Source of the DNA: Hydrolagus colliei
Taxonomy: Eukaryota
Reading direction: 5' to 3'
Length of the DNA: 64,000 bases
Assembly (NCBI GenBank): GCA_035084275.1
Contig: CM068742.1
Coordinates: forward strand, 154,814,001 to 154,878,000
In this document: in pieces, positions 34,814 through 48,391 of the stretch
Numbering within the stretch: position 1 is the first letter of the stretch
How the letters are laid out: each line of letters opens with the position of its first letter
Position numbers and translations under genes: made by a program
Notes under the pieces: model-generated
What the model was told of the DNA's origin: nothing
Databases searched by the model: none
What the model saw: the letters and a program-made list of their open reading frames with translations, nothing else

Positions 34814-35272
34814 CAGGTATTCTTTGCTTAGCGTCGTAGTTTGGTTCTTGAAAAGTGCGGCTTTAAGCGAAACGACATTAAGCGAACACACTTTTCCCAT
34901 AAGGATTAATGTATAAACTGGAGTTACATTCTTTTGGACATTTTTCATCAAAGTGTTCCAAAAAAAACACGTTATACTCGCTCCCTGACTGCTTCCTGGC
35001 TCACTCACTCGCTGTCGGTCTCACTCGCTGCTGGCTGGCTAGCCTCACTCACTCACCGATGGTCTCACTTGCTGCCGGCCTGCCTCGCTCTCTCGCTGCT
35101 GGCCTGGGTCACTCCCAGCTCACTCAAGAGAGTGACGAGCAGGCCCTACCATCGTCGTGCCCCCTCTCCACTCGCTGGCGAACGACATAATGGCGAACGT
35201 CGCAAGGTTAGACGAATATATGTATCAGCAACGCAATAACGAAAGAACGTTAACCGAGGCAACGTTAACCTG
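34814..35272. mobile_element. Tc1/mariner (Tigger-like) MITE inserted in a SINE
   Basis: TA-CAGG...CCTG-TA ends with imperfect TIRs; removing it restores the SINE tail gaaaagc..TA tcaaaatgcaag. Confidence 0.65.
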
Positions 35273-36329
35273 TATATCAAAATGCAAGCTTTCTGACTCA
35301 TTCGATCACAAGATTGATTCGGGTGGAATAAGTCCATTTGAATCCATCCTTCAACAACAACAACAACAACAACAATTTACATTTATATAGCGCCTTTCAC
35401 GTCGGGAGGACGTCCCAAGGCGCTAAACAAGAGGCGTGTGACCCGAGCTGGAAGGGGAGTGTTTGGGAAGGGGTGAAACACGAAGGGGAGGTAAAAGAGT
35501 TTGGGGTGGAACAAAAGGCACGATTGAAGAGGAAAGTCTTCAAGAAGGAGAAGAGAGTTTGCCTGTCTCTCCCAGTGTTCTGGCAGACAATTCCGCTCCA
35601 CTCCCCACCCCCCCACCACCCCCACCCTGCACCGAACAATAAAAATGAATCACTGATTTATTTCATGGCTGTATGTGGGACACAGCTATTTGCAAACATG
35701 ATAAATGTTGCTGCAGCAACTACAATGATCATTAATATTTTTGTGATGAGAATAATCATCACCCATCCATTCCCACGCTTTCAAACAAGCTCTACTTTTG
35801 GACTCGCCCAGCATCCTGGAATGCTAACTCAGTGATTACTTACCCTCTGGGTACAGATTTCTTCCCCCCCCCCACTCTCTCTGCCAAACCGGCCTCCTCC
35901 ACTTCCCCTGCCTCACCATGACTGAGTGGCATGGAACCCTTTGCCACTTTGCCCCCACTCTCTGCAACTCACTCCATGATTCCCTCCTCCCTGCACCCTC
36001 CCTCTCCAATCTCAAAATCCTGCCAAAATCCCTCTGACCCTCCCTGTCTCCTCTGCCAAAGTCTTTGAGATCTTTACTGCATGAAAAGGCCTGCCTATAA
36101 AACTGTACTTTATGTTGTGCAATAAAAGACCATTCTCCAGCACAAAGCTTATTTATTTAAGACATTTGCAGTTACAGTATATTGTAGCTTCTATCAAATA
36201 ATCTCAAAGCACTTTACAGTGCACTTTATTGTTCACCAGTTGGCTTTTTTGTCTGGACAAAAGTCGTGGCCATTTTCTACATGATAAAAGACAGTTACAA
36301 TACAATATAAAATTATATTTGTATAGGTC

Positions 36330-38860
36330 ATCTCCCATTGAGAGGACGTCCCAAGTCGCTGGACAGTCAGGGATTTTGACCAGGGCAGGGGTGGGGGTGG
36401 GTTAAGGAACAGTGCACGGTAAAGAGGGTGGGTGAAGACAAGGTCGAAGAGGAGGGTGACATGTCGTGAAGGAGATAAAGGACGAAGTGAGGTGAAGGGA
36501 ATCTGGGATGGAGTACCATAGGGAGGGGCGGGAAGAGAGACTGAAGGCTCCACCGCCAATGAGCCAGACAGAGGACGTTGAGCAGACGGGATTGGAGGCA
36601 GCGGACAGCTTGTTGAAGGATTATCAGTAGGTCATAGAAGTAGGAAGTGGCAAGGCCATGGAGTGTCTTGAAAGTGAGAACAAGGATTTGGAACTCCAAC
36701 CTCTGATGGATGCAAAGCCAATGGAGTCAGGCGAGGGTGGGGGTGATGGGGTTCTGCAGCCTGATACGGGAGAGGATACGAGCTGCAGGTTCTGGATGTG
36801 CAGCTTGTGTAGGATAGAGTTGGGGAAGCCGACAAATAAAGAATTTGCGAAGTCGAGCATAGATGTGGTGAATGGGTGTTTGAGCATCTCAACGGCCTGC
36901 AGTTTGAGACAGTGGTAGAGCCAGGCGATGTTATGGACATGGAGGAAGGCAAGGCAGGTCATGGAATAGATGTGGGGTGAGAAGGACAGTGGAGGCTCAA
37001 ACAAGTCGCCGAGGTTCCCGACTGGCTCAATGAGGTGGAATGTGCATCCATGAATGGTGGAGTTGCCAGTACCTTAAGTGTGGAGAAACTGACAGGAGCC
37101 AATCAGGAGAGCCCGACATTAACATTCAACTGTAGAAGGTTAGCTCCCATCCAGGACAGCTATCCACCACCCTATTTCATCTCTCTCACCTACCCTATCC
37201 TCAACTCTTACCATGGCCCCCATCCTATATTAATATCCCCCCATCTCTATTTCCTCCCTCTCATCCACCATCACCAGAATAAAATCCACCACCTGCTGCC
37301 TCGACCCCCTCCCTATCCAACTGCTGATCACCCAGCTCCCCCTCCTCTGCCCACTGCAGGCAGATACTATTAACCAGTCCCTCTCCTCAGGATAAAACCT
37401 ACCTCAATCCCTCCAACCTCAGCCACTTCTTGCCAAAGCTCTGGAACATAACCAACTTCACACACACACCTTTCCCTCCACATGCTACTCAAACCCCTCC
37501 AGTCTGGTTTCCACCCTACCAACAGGACAGAACCAGCGCACATGAAAGTCACAAACTGTCCTCTCTATCTATGACCAGCTCCCTCTGCCTTCTCATCCTT
37601 CTGGACCTGTCCTCTACGTTCGACACAATCAATCACAGCATCCTCCTTCACCCACTGTCCTCCGTCATCCACCTCACTTGCTTGGTTCGAGTCCTACCTT
37701 ACAAACCACTACTACCTTTCTGCAAATAGCTTTTCTTCTCGCTTCGGCCCAGTCACCTGCGTGGTACCCCGAGGGTTTATCTTTGGCCCCATTCTATTTC
37801 TCATCGATATGCTCCCGTTTGTGATGTCATCCTCAAACATGGGGTTAACTTCCACATGCAGAAGACACTCAACTCTATTTTTACACCTCCACCTGTGATC
37901 CTCAGTTTCCTAATGATCTGTCAGCTACTCTTTTGGACATCAAATGCTGGATGAGCGCAAATTTCCTGCAGTTAAATATCAACAAGACAGAAACCATACT
38001 CTTTGGCTCGGTCGCACGATTGAGACCTCCTCGACCTACCAGACGTGTCCCTAAAACTCTCCAAACATGTGCGCAACATAGGTGTCAGGTATGATCCCCA
38101 GTTATCATTCCTCTCCCAAATCCGGTCCCCCACCATCCAATTCTGCACATCCAGCATCACTTTCCAAAAATACCTTACTCCAAAACCTGCTGAAACCCTT
38201 GTCCATGCCCTTTTCATCTCTTGACTGGACAATTCATCTCTCGAATGCCCTCCTCACCAGTCTCCCCTTCTCCTCTATTCACAAAATTCAGCTCATACAA
38301 AACTCCGCTGCCTGCATTCTCACCCGCACCAAACTTCGTACCATGATTACCCCAGTCCTTGCCAAACTCCACTGGAACACTGTCGCAGAGCAGATGAACT
38401 TCAAGATCCACACTCCAGTGGTTAAATTCCTCCATTCAACAACAACAAAATTACATTTGTAAAGAGCCTTTCACGTCGGGAGGACATCCCAAGGTGGTGG
38501 ACAGTTTCGGACCTGACCTGGGGTCAGGATTAAGAAGGGTGGAGGGAAGGGAGAAGGTGACCGATAAAACAATCGAAGAGGAGGGTCTCGATGCAGAATT
38601 TGAATGGGGTTAGGGAGGGGATGAGATGGAGGGATTTCAGGATGGAATTCCAAAGATTGGAACAGGTTGGCTGAAGGCTTGCCCGCCGATGGTGGGATGG
38701 GTGGGTCAGGGCACATGGAGGAGCCCGGATCCTACTGAACAGAGGGAATGGACAATTTGATAAGGAGGTCACAGAGGTGGGAGGAGCAAGACCACGGAAG
38801 GCTTTGAAGGTGAGGACCAGGATCTTCAATTGAATCCTTTGTGTGACGGCAAGACAGTGG
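36330..38860. mobile_element. Cluster of L2 fragments in both orientations
   Basis: Minus 36330-37060, plus 37130-38450 (QSGFHP, LDLSSTFDTINH, KIQLIQNSAA), minus 38450-38860. Confidence 0.8.
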
Positions 38861-41124
38861 AGTCGACCGAAGACTCATATTCCGTTTGTTCAAGTAGCAC
38901 TATTGGTAAATGAGAAAGGAATTTCTTCTGGTATCCTAGCTGACAATCCCCAGATATTTTTTGACCTTCCAGGTATCTGATACATACAGAAATCCATTGC
39001 CATGCTGAAGTGTCTCCAAACCAGACAGGGAGTTGTTAACTGGATTTTTCTTTTTGTAACTCCTTGCTCAGGATGAAAAAATGTAACCTGCTGTTTTTTT
39101 AGACAAGTTGAGAGAGTGAGCATGGGGCAGGGAAGGAACAAACCAGTTTCAATCCAATCCTGGTTGTGTTGTATCTGTTTGAACTGCACATTAAAGGTAC
39201 TTTAGTTCTCAGGAAATACATTTGTGTCTGCTTAAGGTTGTGCAATAGTTCTGTTAATTGAATACTACATTTGAAAGCGAAAATTATTCAGTAATCCAAA
39301 CTATTCGTAAAACCGGAGTAAATATGAGGAGACTCACCTCCTGGAGCTCAAGCCTCTGATCTGAAAACACTCTCCTCCACCAATCAGACCCCTCCCTCGG
39401 ATGTGGCTAATTACCAGCAATCGCTCAGGGGGGCGAGGGGAGGGGGAAGCAGGAGAAGACAATGGTGTTTGTGTTTTAATGTAGAAGACAGTGATATTTC
39501 GCCCACAAAATATAGTCAATTCACTTTACAGTAGATTCTGTGAAACGCATTGAGGTATCTCAAAGACATGGATAAAGCGCTGTATTAAATATTACTGTAA
39601 TATACTGTAGCTTAGTGGTTAGCACACTCACCTTGTAAGTAAAAGACCTGGGTTAGATTCCAGGCAGGGCAAAACCTTGGGCAAGTTTTCTTACTCCACA
39701 TATCTCATAATAATCCCTCAAAAAAATATAATTGGTCACTTTAATGCACGACTGTTTTTGGGACACTCCTGTGTGCAACTGGCTGCCACATTTCGCCCAC
39801 AAATATACCATCAATTCACTTTGTAATATATTCTGTGAAGCGCTTTAAAACTTCTAGAAGACGTGAAAAGCGCTATATCAAAGGATTATTATTATCATTA
39901 TTATAATAAACTTTGCATTTGAGATAGTACCTTATTACATGCAAGGATTATTATTATCTCATTATTATATCAAAATGCAAGGAATATTATGTGCGACCAT
40001 GTGTTAAATGGTCACAGAAAAATTTATTTTAAACACCCAGTAATAATCTCTTTTCATTGGGCTATCCACCCATCCATCAACCAGGCTCTCAATGGCCGAT
40101 CCCCATTTCTTCATTCTGGATTTCAGAGCCCATACACACCTGGGTATAACGTTTGATCTTTTATTGGGGACCTCAAATTTGGAAAACAGTGCAACAACAA
40201 GATTACATTTATAGAATGGCTTTCACGTCGGGAGGACGTCCCAATTATAACATGATATGGCTGTAACAAGAAATACTCAAACCACACCAACAAGAAAAAA
40301 GTAAACTTGTACAGCTCCTTTCATGTTAGGAAGACATCCCAAGCCTGGTGAAGTCCAATGGTACATTAATAGAGAAAGTAGTTGTCATTGTTGTTGTTGA
40401 GAAAGTAGTTAGTTATTTGGGGAGGACAGGTTTATGGGTCTATGGGGAGAGAGCGAGGGAGTGGGATTGATCTGGACAGCTCTTTTCAAAGTGCAGGCAC
40501 AGACACGATGGGTTGAAAGGCCTCCTTTTGTGCGGTGTAATTCTATGATAACATTAAGCGAGGAGAGGTGTTTGTCGGCTCAGCACTCTCGATGAGGGAT
40601 GAGCACTTCTTGAGTCCGTGACCATTTCATTGTGACATGACAAGTGTAATTTTGTTGTTGTTGTTGCTTTATGTGCATCTCTGAGTTGGCAAACCTCATG
40701 TCACTGTGTGACCCTGAGCCACCCAATGTGACCACTGGACCCCCAGTGTGAAGCCAAGGTGATCCAGTGTGACCCTTGACTCCCCGAAATGTGACCCCTG
40801 GGCCCCAGTGTGACCCCCAGAGTGACCCAGTGTGATCCCGCCGCCTCCACTTGGTCCCCACATTCCCGCTGTTTCTCCTGTATCGCCCAAACACCTTGGA
40901 TAGGCTTTTGGTTTGATTCCTTCACTCAATCGGCTGTGGATTGTGACTGGAACCATTCACACCCAGACTGAGGTGGGTGAATGTTTCCTGTGTTATCGGG
41001 TATACGGGGAAAGGAGGGTAGTCGGAGTTGAAGTACAGATCAGTCATGATCCTATAGAATGGTGCAACAAGGCTAACTAGCCTCCTCCTGTTTTTATGTT
41101 TCTATAAAATTGCCTCTTTTCAGA

Positions 41125-41660
41125 AGCTATCACGCAGCGGGGGGCGTGGTAACAGGCTGCGCGTGCGTACTGGGTCGAAGGCGGGCGGCGGCCGCCATAT
41201 TAGTGCAGGGCGCGGCGCGTGCTACGATTGGTGGATCTGGGGCGCCGGCGCCATCTTGGTGAAGGTCTGAAGCCCGAATGTGCGCTGTGAATGGTCGGTG
41301 GGTGTACGGATCCGCCATGTTGGTTTAGTGCTGGAACCCCGCTCCATCCGGCGCTCTGATTGGCCTAGACCGGCCGGCGTGGGTGAACGCCATGCTTGAG
41401 TTGCATGGCAGGTGAATCGCGGCAGCGAGAGGAGGAAGGAGGAAGAGAACCAAATCTGGTAAGATAGGGTAACAGCAAACGGGGCGCTGAGATAGAGAGA
41501 GGGAGAGAGACACAGATAGAGGGCGTTGTGGGCGGCTGCTTCTCTGAGAGGCGGGAGCAATCACTGAGGGGAGGGAGGCCGCGCTTTCCTGCTGCCGACC
41601 ATAGGCGGCGCTGGCGTCACCCCCGGCCTAGTCATACACACCCCCCCCTACCCCCAGCCA
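41125..41660. promoter_or_regulatory. CpG-island promoter, probably bidirectional (SLC5A6 on plus)
   Basis: GC- and CpG-rich. YY1-type CGCCATnTT at ~41192, 41248, 41312 and 41388. Inverted CCAAT at 41227 and 41359. Plus-strand donor CTG|gtaaga at 41458. Confidence 0.8.
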
Positions 41661-41949
41661 GGCCATATGTACTGACCACGTGTGTGAGACCCCCCTGCTG
41701 ACACAACCCCTCTGTTTATGACAGCACTCGCCTCACATAGGAGAGGACCTGGGTTCGATTCCCCGGCCGGGGAGAAACCTGAGGCTAGTTTCCTTACCCC
41801 TCCAGGCCTCTGCAGTAGGCAGGACCCCGCTTGTTAGTCAGGATTGACAAGAGTTTATTATAAGGTTTGGCGTGATAAGGCGCTATATCAAATTCAAGGA
41901 TTATTATTATTATACACTCTCTCCCCGGAAACTAACTCCACAACTATCA

Positions 41950-43025
41950 GAAGGCATTTGACAAAGTGCCCCATGAGAGGCTTGTTTCCTTTTTAGACTG
42001 GAGGGAAGTGTGCAGTGGCGCCCCCCAGGGATCAGTTTTGGGACCACTGTTCTTTTTAATATACATTAATGATTTGGATTTAGGGAGTACGGTTTCCAAA
42101 TTTGCAGATGATACTAAGTTAGGGAGAATAGTAAATAGTGAGGAGGATAGTAGCCATCTGCAAGAGGATATAGAGGAAATGGTAAAGTGGGCAGACACAT
42201 GGCAGATGAAGTTTAATATAGAGAAGTGTGAGGTGATGCATTTTGGGAGAAGAAATGAGGGGAGGCAATATAGGCTAGAGAGTACAATTTTAAATGGTGT
42301 GAAGGAACAGAGAGACCTGGGGATTTGTGTTAGTGACTCGTTGAAAGTGGCAGGACAGGTAGACAAAGCCATTAACAAGGCATATGGGATACGAGGCTTT
42401 ATAAATATAAATAGAATACAAAAGTCAGGAAGTGCTGATTAACCTCTATAAGACTTTGTTAGGCCTCAGCTGAAGTACTGTGTACAATTCTGGTCACCAC
42501 ACTTTAGGAAGGATATTAAGGCATTGGAAAGGGTGCAGAGATTTACTAGGATAGTACCAGGAATGAGGGACTTCAGCTACGAGGAAAGGCTAGATAGGCT
42601 AGGCTTATTCTCTCTAGAACAAAGAAGATTGAGAGGAGACCTGAGAGAAGTTAATAAGATTATGTGTGTATTCGACAGGGTGAATAGGGAAAGACTGTTT
42701 CCACTGGTGGGTGAATCAGTGACTCGTGGTCACAGATTTAAAATAGTTTCTAAATGATGCTGAGGAGAGATGTTTTCACTCAGTGGGTTGTTGGAATCTG
42801 GAATGCATTGCCTGGAAAGGTGGTGGAGGCAGATTCCATAACAGCTTTTAAAAGAGAATTAGATTTTTATTTAGGGAGAACATATCAGTTAAGTTATGGG
42901 GGGAGAGCTGGGCAGTGGGATTGAGTTGCTTTGTTCAAAGAGCCGGCACAGACTAGATGGGCTAAATGGCCTCCTTTTGTGCCGTAAATTCTATAAGTTT
43001 AGAATCATAATTCTATGATTCTATG
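41950..43025 (+). mobile_element. CR1 LINE 3' portion with internal deletion
   Basis: [11 protein letters not shown] joined directly to FLDWREVCSG; FADDTK; ATTCTATG tail. Confidence 0.9.
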
Positions 43026-44609
43026 AACCCCCTCACTTTCACATCCCTGCTCCACCTCCCCCTAACCCCACTCTCAATATGAGCCCAAGCCCCACATTGA
43101 AAAGTTTGAGGTCACAGTTCAGGTTGAGACTCGAAACAACAACAACAAAAATTACATTTGTTTAGCACTTTTCACATTGGGAGGACACCCCATCAACTCT
43201 AGACGTTGATGGGGGACGAGTGCTGTGTTGTTGGAGGTGCCGTCTTTCAGATGAGACGTCCTTCACCTCATGGATGTTTGTGATTCTGGGAAAGACGATC
43301 CTATTGGAAACGAGAAGGGAGTTTGTTTGAGTGTCCGGGCCAACGATCCTCCAGTTTAGTCGGTCGTTCACCTCTTGTGTGGAGAAGGTTACCTTGCTGT
43401 GTGTACAATGGCTGCTGCTTTAGCTTACAAATAAACATCCAGGTAAGTTTACTCAATTGCTTGTGTCTGTGACTGCAGATGTTGGGGCTTGATAGGGAGA
43501 GAGAAACTTATACAAAGTAATGTTATTAAGAGGTAAGGAGAGAATTGAGGGAAATCAGCTATGATATGAGACTTTGTTGGAGGAAATTCAATGGCCTGAG
43601 TTGCTTCTTTTAATACAGGCATTACATTTTCCAACGCTAGATTTCTTTTTAGAAGGTAATATTTTGGGGTACAGTCTCCCAGGATGGTGGACTTAAACTT
43701 AGACTTTCATCTAGCAAATTCTTAAGTACAATATGAATTTATAGCTGTACGATAATAATCCTTGCATTTGATATAGCGCTTTTCACATTTTATCAACGTC
43801 TCAAATCGCTTCACAGAATGTATTGTAAAGTGAATTAACTGTATATTTGTAGGCAAAATGTGGCAGCTAGTTAATTGCACAGCAGTCTACCCAGAAACAG
43901 TCATGGATTGCAATTACCAATTTTATTATTTTAGCTTTTTTTGGAAGGATTATTATTAGGCGCGTGTGTGTGTGTGTGTGTGTGTGGAGTAAGGAAACTT
44001 GCCCAAGGTTTCGCCCCAATCTTCCTGGATTTGAACACAAGTCTCACACTTATAAGGCGAGTGCTCTAACCACTGAGCTACAGGAACTCTTACAGAATCT
44101 CTTCTGTTAGTTAGACATCTTCAGGTAGTTGTTCTGTTGTAATCCAACTGCTTTGTATTGGGCCCGCTGATCCCAATTAACTCATATAGATACAAACATA
44201 AACAGATACAAACATTAATTCCACTTATAGGGAACAAAGATTGTCCCCGAAGACAAACCCCACCCGCGCCCCCCCAAAACCTCTTCTAGGCCAGAATTTG
44301 GCAAAGGGAAATGCAGACCTGCGTCAGGTGGGGATGGCCTCTTCAGCAGTGCATGCCCGGCCCAGGTGCTCTGGTCAGCTCTGCATTACAGTGTCTCTGC
44401 TTCCTCTGTGTGAGGGCAGCTCACACTCTCAATACTGATCCCAGCCAACAGAGAGTTCAAATCATAGCTGCTACCAGTTCAATCTTTCCCTTAATGCCCA
44501 GATATGGGTGAGATTTTGGTGTGATCCAAAGACGAACCACAACGTAGAACGTTTCTGATAGATGCCAGCTCAGAACAGAGACTATACTTGATCTTAGCGA
44601 AGTAGAAAT

Positions 44610-45120
44610 CCAAATGCCCTGCTTTTTCCTCACCACAAGCTGCAGATCCTCCAGAACATGTCTTCTACTGCACCAGGCTCCACGACTTCATCATTCCCAC
44701 CCTCGCCCGGCTGCACTGAGCATCATCCCTCAGAGGATCAAGTTCAAAGTCCTCATCCTCACTTTCAAGGCCACCCATGGCCTTGCCCCTTCCTGCTTCT
44801 CTGACCTGCTTATCCATCTGTCCACTCCCTATGCTCAGCAGGCTCCGGCCTGCTCCATGTTCGTCGCCCGATCTAATATCATCGGTCGGGCATTCAGCCG
44901 CTCTGCCCCCACCCTCTGGAACTCTATTCCACATTCCCTTAGCCTTGCTTCCTCCTTCGCCTCTATCAAGGTATGTCTCAAGACCATCCACTTCAACCGT
45001 GCCTTCGGCCACCCTTTCTGCCCTCCACGCTCTCAGATGTCTTTCCACCTCCCCTCCCCGGCTTGGGTCCCAATCCCGGGGACGTCTTCCTGACGTGAAA
45101 TGTGCTTTACAAATGTATTA
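44610..45120 (+). mobile_element. L2 3' fragment
   Basis: PQRIKFKVLILTFKA..LWNSIP..LKTIHFNRAF and L2 tail. Confidence 0.85.
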
Positions 45121-45139
45121 TTGTATCACATACAATGAT

Positions 45140-45278
45140 ACAGAGAGCACCAGCACAGACACAATGGGGAGAGTATGGAATGGGATTAGAGAGCTCCAGT
45201 GGGGAAGAGCATTCCCCACTGGAGCTCTCTAATCCCATTCCATACTCTCCCCATTGTGTCTGTGCTGGTGCTCTCTGT
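45140..45278. repeat. Perfect inverted repeat, 67-bp arms with a 5-nt loop
   Basis: 45140-45206 is the exact reverse complement of 45212-45278; loop GAGCA. Confidence 0.95.
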
Positions 45279-45679
45279 TAATCCCGTTGTTCTCTATCCC
45301 TCTGTGTCCGTGCTCGCTGTAGATCTTTAGTCTAATCCCATTCCTCTGCTCTTTCCCCATCGATGGCTACTAATAAATCCAGTAATTACTTGACAGTAAT
45401 TTGAAACAATTTGAGAGGTTTGCTGTGATCATTATTAAAATACAAGTTCTTTGTTTGATCTTGTCTAAAGCTGTAAAGTGATCCACTGAGGTGAAGTGTT
45501 AATGTGCCTCACTATTTCTCAGACTTCAGCCAGGTTTGATCCTTCTTATGTGTCTCAAAAGTTCATTTTAGTCACACAGCTTAATCTATCAGAAGCATCC
45601 CGTACTAACTTTATCTGTCAGCTTGGCTCAGAGACTAACTGCCTCGTCTTTGGGTTAGAAGACGAATAATTATTATTCT

Positions 45680-46560
45680 AATTTGATATGCACCAATAAC
45701 TTGCACTTGTATGGTGTTCTTCACCAGGGTAATGTCTCAGAGCGCTTAACAGTGGCAGAGCCTGACTCCATGCCGAGGGTGGGGAGGGGGGCCAGGTGGC
45801 TGTAAGGTTGGGACTTGATAAAGGGAAGAGATGGAGACATGGCGGAGGGGTTGACGGAGAGTGTTCCAGAGGCGTAGTGGCTGAAAGCGTTGTTATGCTG
45901 TTATGGCGAAGTGTGGGAAGGATCAGTTGATGAATTGGACAGTGAGGAGGTTGGAGAGATAGGGGGGGTAGGTACAAAAGAGTGAAGGGATTTGACACGA
46001 GTGTTAGAATCTTGAAGTCGATCCTGTTCATTGATTGGAAGAACTGATGAGATGTGGGTGTGGAGATTGGTCTGGGTCAGTATGCGGACAGCAGAGTTCT
46101 GAATGAGCTGGATCTTTTGAGTAGTGCAGCTGGGGAGACCAGCAAGGAGTGCGTTGGCAGTAATCCAGGCAGGAGGTGACAAATGCTTGTACGAAGGACA
46201 GCTGGAGGTCGAACCGGACGCCTAGATTGTAAACTGGGTCAGTGAGTGTGAGGGAGAGCCCAGGGAGACTGAGGAGTTTGGAACCGTAGTGTGAAGATGT
46301 TGACAAAGGGTACGGCTGGCTTGTCCACATTCAGCTACAGTTTGTACTCGTTCAGGCCCTGATGTCTACCAGACAAGCTGATAGAACATCGGCAGATCTG
46401 GAGTTAGTGTTGGAGGAGGCAAAGTAGGTTTCTTTGTCATCTGCATACATGTGGAAGATTTGTTTATGGATGACATTACCCAGACTGAGAATATAGATAA
46501 GGAAAAGAAGAGACATGTGGAGTGAGACCAAGGATAGAACCCTGGGCTACCCCACAGTTG
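45680..46560 (-). mobile_element. L2 fragment
   Basis: YADDKET, VQAFVTSCLDYC and KIQLIQNSAVRILT motifs. Confidence 0.82.
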
Positions 46561-48257
46561 ACCAATTGCTGAGATGAAATGGGAATAGTTGGTTACGTAG
46601 AATTTGAACTCTGCGAATGCAATCCCACTAGGGTGGATTGGTGGAGATAGGCGTGGTTGGCTGTGTCGACATTGACAAGCACTGTCACTTGGCTGTAATA
46701 TAACGCTTTATCGAGTCTTTGAGACACTTCAAAGTGCATCACAGAATATACTGTAAAGTGAATTGAATGTATATTTTGTGGGTGAAACGCAGCAGCCAAT
46801 TGAGCTTGGTTGTGTTCCACAATTAATAATATTAATCCTTGCATTTGACATAGCACTTTTCATATTTTCTAGACATCTTAAAGCATTTCCACAGAATATA
46901 CTACTACTACTAATAATAATAATCCTTGCATTTGTTATAGCGCTTTTCACATCTTATCGACATCTCAAAGCGCTTCACAGAATATACTGTAAAGTGAATT
47001 GACTGTATATATTTGTGGGCAAATTGTGGCAGCCAATTGCGCACAGCAGTGTCCCACAAACAGTTGTGGATTGAAATGACCAATTTTATTATTGTGTTTC
47101 TTTTTGGAAGGATTATTGTTAGGCGTGTGGAGTAAGGAAACTTGCCCAAGGTTTCGCCCTGACCTGCCTGGATTCGAACACATATCTCCCCAGCTTGAGT
47201 CTCCCCAGCTTGCAAGACAAGTGCTCTAACCACTGAACCACAGGAGCTCCACAATACTGTATTGTAAAGAGAATTAATTGTATATTTCGGGGCAAAATGC
47301 GGTAGCCAATTGCACACAGCAGTTTCCCACTAACAGTCGTGGATTGAAGTGACCAAATTATTGGGGGTTTTTAAGGTCTTATTATCAGACGTGTGGAGTA
47401 AGGAAATTTGCCCAAGATTTTGCCCAGCTAGGAATCGAACTCAGGTCTCTCGCTTGTGAGGTGAGTGCTTTAATCACTGAGGGCAGGACTGCACAAAGTC
47501 ATGGTTTAATTCCTTTTTTGAAGGCCTTATTACCACGCCAGAAAGCCAATTGCCAGTTGAATAACTACCAGGTTCCTACATATTGCTAGATAAACAGAGG
47601 CTTGTGGAGTAAGGAACTTTGCCCAAAGTTTCATCCTGACTGGGAATCAAACCCAGGTCCTCCGACATCCATATCGACACTCCTGTATTCTTGATATAAT
47701 AATAATAATCCTTACATTTGATATAGCGTTTTATTACGTCTTCGAGACGCTTCACAGAATATACTGTAAAGTGAATTAACTATAATTTGTGGGTGGAAAT
47801 ATACAATAGATTGTTATTCAGTATGATACAGTATTAGGAGAAGGGGGGCATTGTCGGATGTGGTGCTTTGGGGATATTAAACTCAAGGCTCTGTCTGTCT
47901 TTTCAGGTAAAAATTAAAGATCTGGCGGGTCTATTGGTAATTTCCCTGGTGTGCTGAGCGTTACAAAGAGTTGCTACATTTGACACTTTGAATCATTCAG
48001 TTATGGTAAGCTGCTGAGCAAAAAAACATATTATCTGTATTCTCTCCATATCTATACTATTGCTATTAAATAAGAGATTTGCTGCAGCATGTCTGTCACA
48101 TATAATAATAATAATCCTTGCATTTGATATAGCGCTTTTCACATCAACGTCTCAAAGCGCTTCACAGAATATACTGTAAGGTGTATATTTGTGGGTGAAA
48201 CGCGGTAGCCAATTGCGCACAGCAGCGTCCCCACACACAGCCGTGGATTGAAATGAC

Positions 48258-48391
48258 GAAGGGTCGTGGACCCAAAACGTTGACTCACTTTTCCTTTCTC
48301 CATAGATGCTGCCTGTCTTGCTGAGTTTTCCCGGCAACTTCTGTTTTTGTTTCAGATTTCCAATATCTGCAGTCATTTGGCTTTATTTTGT
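48258..48391 (+). mobile_element. Penelope-like terminal-repeat relic inserted in a SINE with a 15-bp direct repeat
   Basis: gaagggtcgtggacccaaaacgttgactc..gatgctgcctg..ttcagatttcc; GTGGATTGAAATGAC at 48243-48257 and 48392-48406. Confidence 0.7.

Noticed and set aside
41130-41560. ATRAID or another protein-coding gene in the minus-strand CpG-island ORFs
   Set aside because: No signal peptide or Cys pattern resembling ATRAID; ORFs are typical GC-rich open frames
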